A stretch of DNA of 64,000 nucleotides, taken from the NCBI RefSeq assembly GCF_036321535.1, contig NC_087437.1, positions 108,192,001 through 108,256,000 on the forward strand, written 5' to 3'. Positions 39,421 through 53,164 of the stretch are shown here, in pieces. Position 1 is the first letter of the stretch, and every line of letters begins with the position of its first letter. A program made the translations under genes and the position numbers. The notes under the pieces were generated by a model, which saw only the letters and a program-made list of their open reading frames with translations, made no database searches and was not told the DNA's origin. This DNA comes from Camelus dromedarius (Eukaryota).

Positions 39421-41399
39421 GGAAATAATTTGCAAAATGTTACCTCACCAAAAATTTCTTCAGGAAGAAAGTGACTCATTACCCAAATTGTATGATTAAG
39501 AATCACCTGCTGACTTTAAAAAATTAAAGATATAGATCTCCTTTATTCAATAACAACAAAGCCAAATAAAAGGTCCAGAAAAAATAACAATAAGTTATGG
39601 AAGAATGGCATGGCCCAAATATGAACATTTGCTTCAGGCAACTGAGTGAAAGGAACAAATCCATTGTTTTGACATTGAATTACAATATACTGAGCACAAA
39701 AAATGAACCAAAAGCTGTGATAGAATTTTTCCTACATGTTAAATAATTTAATTCTTTTAAGTCTTGAAGTAAGTATTACGATCAGATAAGAAATGTACAG
39801 TTAACAAAAAATAGCTCTTGAAGAATTTAAATTCCTTGCTTAAGATCTCCCAGAAAATTGTGAAGAAAGGCAATCTAGCACCCAGAGGTAGAATGTACAA
39901 ATTGTGGAATGGTGATATTCATGACTCTAAGTCTCACTGGATACAGGTTTGTCAAAATATTAAAAGGATTCCTTATTTCAGTGAAAATTTGGATTACAAA
40001 ATGAATATATTTTCTCATGAACAGATTTAACAAATATTCCATAAAATATTATGGGTTAGACATATATTCAGAATACAAAGAAAAATAGAATATCTTAGCT
40101 TTCAAGAGGCACATAGTTTAGAAGATTATTAATCAAAGCTAGAGTCTTGCTCATAATCATCTGCTTTATCAGGGATCCCTTTGCTGCCCATTACTGCTTC
40201 AAAGATTTTTGAACTTTTGATCATAATAATCCCACATCAGCCTTCCAAGCCACAAATTTTGTAAACAAGTGAAAGATACTGTTTGGATCCTTGAACATTA
40301 ATCAATAATGTTGAGAGTATTAAACTTTCCAATACTTTCTAATGGTGCTTCTAGATCTTTCTTATTTCAAAACACTTGAGAAGAGGGACACTTGAAAGAA
40401 GTAATGGGCCCAGAGGACTGAGAAATTCAGAAGAAGGTAGAAAGAGAAAGATGTCTTTGAAGATCAAATGCTCAATTATGATCTAACACAAGGAAGAGAA
40501 ATTGAAAATCATCATTTGTCCTGATTCTCACAGACTCAACCTGTAACCCACCAAGAGGATTTCACTGTGTGATTTTTGAGAAAAACAGAAGTTCCTGGTT
40601 CTATAATACATTTTACAAACACTTAAAAATTAATGGATATTGTATGACTCATCCTTGCTCAGTAATACTAGTCAGTATAAAAAATGACAGATTTTACTGT
40701 AGATGCAATTAATTCCCAGAAGTGACTTTCTCGCAAATAGAAACTCTTTCGGTTAATTAATTTCTTTGAATGGTGGGATTTAAGGGACTCAATAAGCGTG
40801 AACAGAAAAAACATGTAAGACAGTAAATTATTAACCACTGTGTTTGACCAGGAATGACAATTTTAAACAATGTGTTATGCCCCATTAATCTGTTAAATTT
40901 TCTATCAACACAGGCTTAGTAACCAGTTGAAAACCTTGATCACATTCTGGAAATTCACATTATAGATTCTCAAGTTACAATCTCTTTTATCCTAATGAAC
41001 AATGTATATTCATTTCAAAAGAATAAATGTAACATAGAAGGAAGTCAGTCCACTTAAATGGAGGGTTTATAATTTAATTTTTTATACACCATTTTCTTAT
41101 TTCAGTTGGTAGTGACTTCTGATTGTTCTTTACTGTGAAATTTCCCCTTTCATGATTTAATTGACTTATGCAAATAACTATAACAAAAGTTGAAAAATCA
41201 TGAGTCTTTTTGAAAATTAGCATAGCAATATGTATACATCCCCCCAGAACGTATAAAAGAATTTTCTGTGAATCACCAGTGGGTTCGTTTAAGTAAAATA
41301 TGTAAAAATGATGGCTAAGTAACAAATGAGAAAATGTAATATTTCCTGAACCAAGTACTTCATAGGGATCTCTCCCATTTAAATCTATAAGCCAGATAT

Positions 41400-41560
41400 T
41401 ACCATTACTCTATTATTCTCATGTTGGTAATGAGGAGTCTAAGGCTTAGGAGACCCTTTGACATGCCGGGGCCACTCAGCTAGCAACAGATGGAACAAAA
41501 ATTTCATCCATCAGGCATTTAAATTCCAGAAGCCTGAGCTTTTAAACACCATACAGTACT
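41400..41560 (-). mobile_element. MIR
   Basis: 'tattattctcatgttggtaatgaggagtctaaggcttaggaga...gccactcagctag'. Confidence 0.6.
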
Positions 41561-42859
41561 AACCTAGGTTCTCATACCACATCAAACAATGGTAACTGTG
41601 ATGTAACAAAACTGTCTGCCTCAGACAATATGTTTTGTTAACACACACACTCACATACATGGAAATGACAAAATTGCAACCATTATTATAACTGGATGAT
41701 GAGATTATAAGTAACCCTTTTTATATTGTTCTTTATGTTTTTCTATGCATTTCCAACTTTCTACAATATTTACTTTTTCTAATAAAAATTTTATTGACTA
41801 GCATAGATATATTGAAGTCATTGTCAATCTTTCCTTATAGCATTAATAATAATTTGATACAATCTTATGATAATGGTAATATATTATGATACTAATAAAT
41901 AAAATGATTTTTTATTTGATATGATAAGTCTAAGTTTAATGACTTTTTGGAGATATGAGGGTTACTGAGAAATACTCCAGTCTGAAAACATTTTCCTTTG
42001 CTCTAGGGAATAAGCATTATTCAACTATAACTTCAGCTACTATTTGACTAGGTTTCAAACCAGCATTCCTGAACAGTATTTAGTTGTCTTGATATTTAAG
42101 TAAGATAAATTATTTAGCCTACTGCCTGGCAGAATAAACAATAAACACGATAAATATCAGCTAAGTATAACCATATACATCCGAAAAGAAATACCCGAAA
42201 TATTACGTATTTATTCTTGGAAAATGACATTTTTATTTTCTTCTTCTTTTTTTTTTTCCCCCAAAAGAAGCTCTTCTCACAGAACTCTACTTAACCAATT
42301 TGCTTCTTTCTCTTTACTTCCTCCTATAAAACATCCTATGATAGTTTGCTTACACATTGCTACCCTCTCCATTTGAGTTTTAGCTCCCAGGTCAAATGTG
42401 TTTTCCTTGAACCTGCTTATTCTATTCATGTCTGTTATATTAATTATATACATTAACTAATTTATACATGAACAGATTGAATATAATTATTAAAAAATCA
42501 TTTTACTGAAAATAATGGAATAATTAGAGAAAACTGGATTAAAATGAATTTCTAAAAGAATTGCTGTTGGTTTTTGGTGTAGATAAGACAAGTATAAAAC
42601 CTTGGAGAAAAAGTTAAAGCCTAGGAAGATTCTACACTAATTTGCATAGCAATATTCCTAAATTTTTAGTCCACTTTTTAATAATATCAAATAATGTCTT
42701 CTGTGAACATGAATATCTACTAGAATTAAGAAAACATATTTAAATATGTGTTAAACATGTGACCTAAAATAATGGTATATTAAAATACTTTGTACTTTAA
42801 ATTTTATCTACAAAAATATTTTTTAAAATGTGTGTAATAGATTCCCTTTGGCCTATTTT

Positions 42860-44521
42860 TGCATGCTCATTTTATTTTATTTTTTTATTTTTTATTTTTT
42901 TTACTGTAAGTGCAAATATTTTTATTAGGCATGTTTCTAGGAGTGGAATTGTTGGGTTATGGGATATGCATATATTTAGCTTGGTCAAAACTGACAGTCA
43001 AAACAGTTTTACAAAGTAGTTCTGATTCTTCCCTTTCCTTTTTATTTTTTTATTTTTTTTAACATTTTTTATTGATTTATAATCATTTTACAATGTTGTG
43101 TCAAATTCCAGTGTTCAGCACAATTTTTCAGTCATACATGGACGTATACACACTCATTGTCACATTTTTTTCTCTGTGAGCTACCATAACATTTTGTGTA
43201 TATTTCCCTGTGCTATACAGTATAATCTTGTTTATCTATTCTACAATTTTGAAATCCCAGTCTATCCCTTCCCACCCTCTGCCCCACTGGCAACCACAAG
43301 TCTGTAGTCTCTGTCTATGAGTCTATTTCTGTCCTGTATTTACGCTTTGTTTTTGTTTGTTTGTTTGTTTTTGTTTTTGTTTGTTTAGATTCCACATATA
43401 AGCGATCTCATATTGTATTTTTCTTCCTCTTTCTGGCTTACTTCACTTAGAATGACATTCTCCAGAAGCATCCATGTTGCTGCAAATGGCATTATGTTGT
43501 CAATTTTTATGGCTGAGTTGCATTCCATTGTATAAATATACCACATCTTCTTTATCCAGTCACCTGTTGATGGACATTTAGGCTGTTTCCATGTTTTGGC
43601 TATTGTAAATAGTGCTGCTATGAACATTGGGGTGCAGGTGTCATCCTGAAGTAGCGTTCCTTCTGGATACAAGCCCAGGAGTGGGATTCCTGGGTCATAT
43701 GGTAAGTCTATTCCTAGTCTTTTGAGGAATCTCCACACTGTTTTCCATAGTGGCTGCACCAAACTGCATTCCCACCAGCAGTGTAGGAGGGCTCCCCTTT
43801 CTCCACAGCCTCTCCAGCATTTGTCATTTGTGGATTTTTGAATGACGGCCATTCTGACTGGTGTGAGGTGATGCCTCATTGTAGTTTTGATTTACATTTC
43901 TCTGATAACTAGTGATATTGACCATTTTTTCATGTGCCTTTTGATCATTTGTATGTCTTCCTTGGAGAATTGCTTGTTTAGGTCTTCTGCCCATTTTTGG
44001 ATTGGGTTGCTTATTTTTTTCTTATTGAGTCGTATGAGCTGCTTATATATTCTGGAGATCAAGCCTTTGTTGGTTTCATTTGCAAAAATTTTCTCCCATT
44101 CCGTAGGTTGTCTTCTTGTTTTACTTATGGTTTCCTTTGCTGTGCAGAAGCTTGTAAGTTTCATTAGGTCCCATTTGTTTATTCTTGATTTTATTTCTAC
44201 TAGGAGAAAATTTTTGAAATGTTTGTCAGATAATGTTTTGCCTATGTTTTCTTCTAGGAGGTTTATTGTATCTTGTCTTATGTTTAAGTCTTTGATCCAC
44301 TTTGAATTGATTTTTGTATATGGTGTAAGGGAGTGTTCTAGCTTCATTGTTTTACATGCTGCTGTCCAGTTTTCCCAACACCATTTGCTGAAGAGACTGT
44401 CTTTATTCCATTGTATATTCTTGCCTCCTTTGTCGAAGATTAGTTGACCAAAAGTCTGTGGGTTCATTTCTGGGCTCTCTATTCTGTTCCATTGGTCTAT
44501 ATGTCTGTGCATGCTCATTTT
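42860..44521 (-). mobile_element. Young 5'-truncated L1 insertion including a 3'-transduced flank
   Basis: TSD tgcatgctcatttt at 42860-42873 and 44508-44521; L1 body ~43060-44507; two poly(A) tails (42871-42902 and ~43038-43060). Confidence 0.93.
43385..44507 (-). pseudogene. L1 ORF2 C-terminal part (post-RT region plus cysteine-rich zinc knuckle)
   Basis: '[13 protein letters not shown]...' through '[19 protein letters not shown]...LICGI*'; one in-frame TAA at 43892-43894 separates the two ORFs. Confidence 0.95.
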
Positions 44522-47423
44522 AAAGCACTAATTTTGGATTATATCACAAAAATAAATATTAACACCATATGACATGTAAGTAAGTAATGAATTACAGTGA
44601 ATATGGATATAGAATTAATATAATGTGATGAAATATCAACCCAATCAAAAGAACAAAATTTAAGCTTATCAAATATGACTGGCTTATTTATGCAATATTA
44701 ATTCTATCTGTGACTTTCATAAATTTTTCATGTTTTACTCACTTCCCAAATGTCATGAATTTTACAGTTCAATATATAATGAAAAATAACTACCAATGTA
44801 GTTATCATTATAAGCATAACTTTGAGAAATAATATATCATAAAATCATGAAAATATCATAAAGTATCATGCTAGGAGTCCTTGTGAAACCAATCATCAAA
44901 GATTTTTTAAATTAGCATATTGTGTTAAATTTAAATACGTGACAACCATCTGAATTTAAAAGAGATATGCAATCTAATCCAAAGAGTTCAGCATACCAGG
45001 GATAGTTTTAAGGAAAATTACTTTCAATTCAAAAAGATTTTAATCACTTTAAAAAGTTAAGACTTTCAAAAAACGTTAAGCTACATCCATATTGAAATGG
45101 CTTTCCTTCATTAATATTTTTAACACCTAAAATGCAAAATAGTGATTGGTATATATAATTGGTTGCCATATCAAATTCTAAAAGGCCTTAATTCAGAAGT
45201 AATCTCTAGGTTTTCAATCATTTTGCATTTAAGAGTGCCTTTTAACTGGAACAGCTATCACACATCTTAGTGGTTCTCAAAAGCTATTCATTATGTGATT
45301 TAATCTTTCTTCTCCTTTAAGCAGTATATCCCTTAGTGAAAGTTACTGTACAGTAAAAATATTATCCAGAACATAAACAAAAAAACTTGCTTTTCCCATA
45401 TTCCCAACCCATCCTCACACAAAAATAGTTATTTTCAGTGTTATGGGGAAAAATATCATAGGCAGGTTATATATAATCTTATATATAAGAACTCCTGTTA
45501 TGAGTAGCAGAATAGGCACAAATACTTCTTTCGGCTCTGTTTCAAATAGATATTGGAATATGCAACTGAGAAGAGAATCAATGGGAAACTTTTGGGAAAA
45601 AAAGTACATCATCCACAAATAGTTAAGAATGATCAAAACAAAAAAGCATGTCTTTACAAATGTTGGAGGAAAGTGCTCAGTAAGAAAGAGCCGTGGCGCA
45701 TATGGTAGCCTGCTTTCACGCCATAAATCTCAGAGTCCTTCATATAGAGTGTGTGTGCTTGGAGATGCCAAAGAGTGCATTAAGATATCTTGGCTCTAAT
45801 TGGGGCCTCTGTAAATGTCAGCACATTTATCACGTTGCTCAGGCGCCACACTACTTAAAACCACAGCAAAGGATTTATCTCCTTTGGATTTGTGTTTGGG
45901 TCCAGAGCTTCCCCCAAAATGTTTCCCCTAAGTTTCAAGTTGCTCTCCACTTAACTTAGTCTTAATCAACATAGGTGGTTTTTGGTCCCTCTCACAAAAA
46001 ATTAATTTAGATTCAATTAACTAATGATTTATGAAATGTGAAGTCAGTTTATTGATGATCTTAACATTAAAGAGCTGTTTGGGCAAAAGGACAATGAATA
46101 GAATGAAATTTGCCCTCCAGAAAGCATTAAAAAAGGAACTATTTTTTCAATAAAATTCAATATTTATTAGAAGCAGGACAAAATAAATACGTGAAGATAT
46201 GATGATGAGGACCAAATGGAAAAAAAAAATGTGCATTTGCCAATTTATAGGACAGTCACTAAGCATAGCCTATTAATGAGAGTTCTGCACAAAAGACCTT
46301 CTAGATCACTTCTGCCAACAGCAGTAGGTTATTGCTGTGGATACAAGATAACTCTTCTTGGTGGTAAAAGCTGTTTCTTTTGGGTATTTAAATCATGGCT
46401 GAGGTCATTAAAATTAAAAACGATCAATATGAATCATTATATATTGACTCATTTAATGGATACAATGCAATTTTTCATTTTACTTCCTGTATTCCAGACT
46501 GCTCTAAGAAGCCAACTTACAAAGAATGTGTGTGGTTCCCTTTGAATTCAAGATTCAAAGTGAATAACAAAAGGAAAGTCTCTCTTGATTATCCACGATT
46601 CCTTTTTGTCCTTCTTACAGGAATAATTTGAAGTATTAACTGACTTATCAATTACCTTGACAGTTTCTGAGTAAATTTTCCAGCAAATTAAAAACCTTCC
46701 TCTGGACTTATGCTTCATTTAGCAAAGTAAATACCACAAGTTGTTAAAGGAAAGCAAAATAATCTTTGAAGTTTTATTCTGTTTGTGAGGCAAGCTCATA
46801 CATGTGCAACAGTCAGATCAGAATCATCTAGAATGGGGGTTAACGAAGAAACAAACAAGGCGGTGCAGTCTATCGGAGTTCTGGAAATACAAAGACTAAA
46901 AAGAACGCTGGTGAGATACAGAAACTATATCACATCCCACATTTCCGAGCAGATGGGCTGTTACATCATACAGTGGGTTTTACAGAGCAAATTCAGGAAT
47001 GAAGAGACAGGAAAGAGGGTGAAGTGTTTACTTATAAATGACATGAACTGAATACCACCACCTTGTCAGTTTATGGAGCCCATGCCTGTAGCTCAGTTCT
47101 CAATTTTTTTCATAGGAAACACCACAAGCTGTTTTTGCAGTGCTTGACAAAGGGTAGACAATAAGAATTTGTTGAATAAAATAACTTCATAATCAAACAA
47201 TTTCCACTCGTTGAGGTATATTGCATGCAAGCTTCCACTGTAACAAACTGAGCACCATAGACAGTCTCTCCATAGAAAACTTAGCCTTGTTTCCATTAAT
47301 CTACCTTAGTACTGGCCTAGTCATACTATAAATCCTCTCACGTGTGATATCTTCATCCTTCTGCAAAGGAATAATCTGATCAATATTATTGAGAACCATC
47401 TCTTCCATTGTGTGTTTGAGTTC

Positions 47424-47619
47424 TGAGTTGTCAGATAAATCGCAGGGCGTCTAGTTAATTTGGGATTTCGTATATAAACAATGAGTAGTTTTTCAGGATA
47501 AGTGTCTCTCAAGCAGTACTTGCGACATACTTATACTAAAAAAAAAAATTCTTTGTTAATCTGAAATTCAGATTTAACTGGGCATCCTGCTTTTTTATTG
47601 GCTAAATCTGATAACCCTA
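47424..47619. mobile_element. MER53 (hAT MITE, palindromic), full length
   Basis: 'gagttgtcagataaa...gacatacttatactaaaaaa...tctgaaattcagatttaactgggcatcctg...gctaaatctgataacccta'. Confidence 0.88.
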
Positions 47620-49117
47620 TTCAGGTTGCTATTCAGGCCATGTCCTTAAGTTTCATTGAAATTGACAAAAACCATGAATTGTTTGACTTTGTATCTGATG
47701 AAGCAAATCTGGCAGGTGAAGCACTGTAACTGGTTCCACTCTTCTGACTCACCGTAAACGTGATCTAAATATGTTCAATTTTTTACATTATTAATGTCAA
47801 GCTATTTTTTTTAAGGAAAAAAACACAGGGTTTTTCATAAAGTTGTCTTATCTTTTGCTGTCAAATCATTTTTATATATATTAGAAATCGTAAATGGACA
47901 GCACCTTAAATTTCTTAGGGAGACATAAACTAGATGTTTAATCTTGTGGTCAAACCAAGAAAAAGGGAGAAAAAATGTGGCACTCTATGTGTGAAAAAGA
48001 AGAGAGATGGGGGTGGAGCTCAATTAAATAAACATGTCAGAGGAATAATTAAATAAACTCAGTGTACAGCGATATTTCTCAAAACTTCGGAACATTCTTG
48101 AGTATAGCTAACTGAGACACAATTCGCTGATGAGCAGTTTTTCTGGCCCACTGCATGAGTTATTTTTGAAAGTGTACAGCCAGAAAATGACTATTCACAT
48201 GCTATCCGCAGAATTTTGTGCCACGTAATAGTAATTTACAGGGTCCTTTTAATCTCCCAATCCGCAGGCATTGCTAATGCATGTCTGAAGTTCTTTTATG
48301 CAAGGTAAACCTCCATTGTTATGGAATGTGTGTGCCATTTTTCTATTTGGAAATTAATTTTTGGACTTCCTTAGCACATACCGTTCTAAATCCATTGCCT
48401 CTACTCCTTAAATATAATGCAAATGTTCGGAACAATATTCTGCACTTCTGTGCATAATCGTGCCCTATGATGAGTCACTATTATGATTTTGACTTTGCCC
48501 ATGATGGACTGTGCTTTGCATTCTCCCAGAAGAGAAGATAGTAGGAAAAAGAAAAAGGAAAAAAAAAAAAAAAAGCTTTACACGACCCCTTTTGCCTCCC
48601 ATGTTTGTTCCCTTCTTAAAATGAACATGCACAGCATAATCATGTTTTGGAATGTTTTCTTTTAGCAAAGTATTGCGCTGTGGACACACTGACATATGCC
48701 AAGGCGTATTTTGTGTCTCTGTTGCCTCCTTCCTTCAGCACGCTATGCAGATGTGTCGCTGGTGGTTACTGCATGACTAATTTTCAAGTCTAAATTTGGT
48801 TTGAAACTGGGAAAAATAAAAGCAGAGTTTTAATAGAGGTAGATTTTAAATAGCAATAACAAGGTTAAATTTTCATTTATCTATTAAGGCATATGATGCT
48901 CAGAGCATATAATCTCTTAGAAGTGAGAATCATAAGGCTTGTTAAAATATTAAAACCCCAGGCAAGTTGCTAAACCCTCCCTTCAGTGGAACTAAACTGG
49001 TGGCTGGGATATGCTTTCCTCAATGTTTACCCTCACTGCTCCCAGGAATAAACTCAATGATATCTGTAGTATAATAAATTCTACAGTTTATAATATTAGC
49101 ATAGAGTATCTATATTT

Positions 49118-49230
49118 GTTCTTTCACTCAACAAGTATTTGCTAACTACCAGGCCCATTTGTAAATGCTCAGGTTCATCGATGAACAAAACAGACAACAA
49201 TTTCTGCTTTCAGGAAGTTTAAAGTTCTGG
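49118..49230 (-). mobile_element. L2 3' end
   Basis: 'ttcactcaacaagtatttgctaactacc...atgaacaaaacagacaa'. Confidence 0.6.
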
Positions 49231-51899
49231 CAGCCTTATAGGTGTAATGACCCCAGGAGAGCTGGCTAACTTCCTTACTAGACTGTCAACCCCTGCATGC
49301 AGAATCTTTTCCTCTCCATTGCCAAGAACTGGGCCTGAAACAAAAGAAAGGTTTTAGGTGCACTTGTTGAATTTGTCTGAATATCAAGAAATACTATCAT
49401 AATGCAAATAAAAATCTCAGCCCATTTTTACCTTCTTTCCATACATATCCTGTTGTCTTTATTATGTAAATACAAGGATTTACACTACTAGCAATACTGT
49501 CTGAATTGCATGCATCTCATCTATAAAAAGTTGACCACGAAAATGTCTTCTACCAAACACTTTGAATGTTATTGTTCATATTCCTGATGACTCACCTTAT
49601 TCCTAAATTGATATATACACGAGTACTTTCATTCTCTGGGAACACCAGACAACAAAATATACACGTGTCATGGAGAAACAAAGAGGGGCAAGGTATTAGG
49701 GCTGTTAAACACATTTTAAACAAATTTCTTTTACGTAAGCGTATGCGTGCCTTTCACATGGTGGGATAATAGCAGAACTAAGTTGGTAGTGATCATCATT
49801 TCTGGAAACAGAGCTCAGAGCAAAAGCAAAAGAGTTACCATTTTATGAGAGAGGACAACACAATTTTAGACTTAGAATAATATAAGAAATGACAACCGAA
49901 ATGATAAAATGAGTGTGGAAACTATGTAAAGAACCTATTCATATTGGGGAGAGAGTGAATATTTTCATGAGCCTAAACATGTTTTTGGCCCCAGAAGCAG
50001 AATTCATCTAAATGAAAACCATTGTAATGGCTAACGAGTGTAATATATCCTGGCAGGTAGCCTGTAGTAACAGTGGTTGCCTGATCTAGTTACTGTGAAT
50101 TTTAACATGCGCTGTCACTAGCCCTGCTACATGGGAACAAGTCTCTTCAACAAAGACGTTGTTGTTTTAGTATTATCATTTTTGGATTATTGTATCTGAA
50201 TACGACATAAACTGGTCTTAAAATGTAATAGGCTTTTGCCAAATATTGAATTAAGGTTTGGGGAGTTTTGAAGAGAATAAAGGTCACAACGGTAGAGACA
50301 ACCTCCTTTAGGGACTAAAAAGCTAATGTTTCCAACAAAGAAGGTATTTGTGAGTCAAATCAGAAGAAAGAAAGTAGAATAGAACATATAAGTATTGCAT
50401 AAGTAAGTATACATAAGTAATGTATAAGTAAGAATATATAAATGAAAGTGCATTTTAACAAGCCTAAACACATTTATAATATAGTGCACCTATTGAAAAT
50501 CACCCCTTTTGAAGAGTAGGTCGTCATTGAAATTGTATTTATTTGTAAGAAAGTCATTTTGATGTATTCATTAAGTTTGGATGCAGCTTGTAGAGACTGG
50601 AGCTTTTATTCGCCAATGAAAGTGATGTGAAGATGTAAAAAGAAACATGCACTTTCAATAATACAGGATGAGAATGGAGGAACTCCCTCAATAACCAGTA
50701 TGAGGATGGAAGTTGATCCAAACTTCAGGGGTCTTGAAACTGCATAGGAATTCGCATTTTCAGGTTGGTGGTTTCATTGTTCACTTACTAGGCAGTCTTG
50801 AGAGTTTAATAATTAACCCCAAAATCTATTTATAGAATTTTAAAAACATGGTCATTCCTGAGAGCTCTGGGCTGTTTATCCCACTACTTTCAGAGTTGAC
50901 AAGGTCATGTGGAATTCCCGTGTGAAGAGAGACTAACCTCAAGGTCCAAATTCCCCAGGTTGAAATGAAGCCATGCGGGCATGAGAAAGTGATAAAAGAG
51001 CAGCCTGGGCGTTTTATCTTCCCCAATCCTCCAAAACCTCCCTTTGAAGGCTTTTCTACCTAGGTGCAATTCCCACCCCCTTCCATTAACGCGATTGCTC
51101 AATTATCTCAACAGCTTCTAATAGGGTTAAGTGAATTTACCTCGGTGTTCTAAAAGGAAACCAGACTCTTAAAGTTGCTAATACGCACTTACTAACCCAT
51201 GTCGCATATAGGTCACACATAAACTCCCTTATAAACTTTACTGGGATGCTTTGCTTCACGCACCACCCCTCCACTCCACTTGAAGCTCTCTACCCGCCTG
51301 TGAACGCGTTTTCCTTTTGTAATAACGAACATCTGTGATAGCATCTTTGCCAAAATAAATAAAATTAAGCAGATGATTCTGTGGGGTTATGCTAAACAAT
51401 TTTTTAAACAGGTTCAGATTTCTTTCTAAGGGAGTACAAAATGTCTCCATATGCTGGCTCTTGTTTATTATTGCGTGTGTGTGAGAGAAAAATGTGAAGC
51501 TAAGAAAGAGAACTAGAAAGACACATCATAAATGTAGAGTCATCAAAAGCTAGTTAACACAGTCTTATAAATTATTTTTTTTAATTAAGAATGTTTTCAA
51601 TACGAACCAGGGGGCCTGCTTTCTCATTAAAAGAGTTTCAATATATGTGGTCTAAAATGTTTTTATTTCTGTCACTAAGATGGAAACCAGCCTGTGTTGG
51701 CGTAGAACCTGCTGGAAGTGTTTTGCTCCTCACTGTTATCAGTTTTGCTCCTGGCTATGGTAAAATCCTGTTGTTCTCTCTCAATGCTTCTTTTCTGGAT
51801 TTAAAAGTGTAAAACAGACTGTACAAACACACCAAGAAAGGGCAACAAAAGGCTAACTCTTTCCATTGCAACACAGATGTGAAGCAATAAAGGTAGACA

Positions 51900-52870
51900 C
51901 GTTGGCTTATTCTGCTTGGAGTTCACTGGGATTTTGAATCTGTGAATAGTATATTTCATCAGTTCTAGAAAGTTCTCAACTATAACGTCTTCAAATTTTG
52001 TACCTATTCCATTTCCTTCTACTCTTCTTCTTGAACTACAATTAAAAATATGTTGGAACTTGACAACTCTTAACCTCTTTTCCATATTTTCCATCTTTTT
52101 GTCTCCATGTGCACCATTTTGGGTAATTTTTTTTACTTAGATCCTAGATTATTAATTATGTCTTCAAATATGCTATTCCAATATTGTCTATAGTGACCAT
52201 GTTTGAAACCTGTGTATGTCTATTTCTGCTGCTTCTTTCTTTTTCTATTATTGCTTATTCATGATGCTTTATTTTCTTGTGTACTTGGTTATTTTAGAAG
52301 CTGGTCTTCTCAAGAGGATTTGGCTCTAATTCTGGGGACACTGTTAGTCTGAAAACTCTTTAACTCCAGTTTATAGTTTGAAGATATTGAAAACACTCAA
52401 TCCCAGGGTGAGTTACAAATTCAGATGCTGTTTCTCAACTTTCTTTATCTTCTATGCTCAATTTAGAACCAAGGGAGACTTCCCTGAAGTCCACAGGAAT
52501 TAGGGGTTTGGTAGGAACTTACTTCAGGTCATGTAACTCTGAGTATGTAACCCTTTAAAGACCCTTCCTTAATTATGGGAAACTTTTTAATAGATTTTCT
52601 ACCTTGGTGGGCCCATGACCTTGACTTTAACTCTTTCTCTGTTCAAGGCCACCAAATATGTAGCTCAAATCTGCCTAGATGGCCCATGCTCTTGGAGCAA
52701 AAGTTTATTTCTATGTATCCTTCTCCCATATCTGAGTTCCTGCTTTCCCTATAATTTTGACTCAGTAGTTCCTCACTGACTTATTCAGCTATCAATACTT
52801 TAAAAACATATTTAAAAAATATTTTTTCTCTGCATTTTTCATGGCTTTTGCAAAATGATGTATGCAAATA
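51900..52870 (-). mobile_element. Ancient L1 ORF1/5' region
   Basis: ORF 51801-52094 contains 'FEDVIVENFLELMK', like the L1 ORF1 motif 'FEEIMAENFPELMK'. Confidence 0.6.
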
Positions 52871-53164
52871 ACTAACCAATATTAAGGTAACTTTTAAAAA
52901 CATGATATTTTATATATAATGCTCAGCTGATATCTATAGCTTCTCTGTGATTACTAATTTCTAGTATTCTTAACATAAAGTCATTGTTTGATGTATTAAC
53001 ATGTTAGGAGTCTAATGGATAATGTTTTTGTGACTTGGAGTTATTATGACAGTTAGATGACTAAATAAGGAAACTGCTATCCACATTAATATATTATTAA
53101 TATGTTGTCACAACTAAAATGTTTTCACTTAATGAGAAATGTTCATTTTAGTTAGCTTGTCATG

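Noticed and set aside
43887..44447. 186-aa plus-strand hydrophobic ORF
   Set aside because: Antisense frame of L1 ORF2, a common artefact
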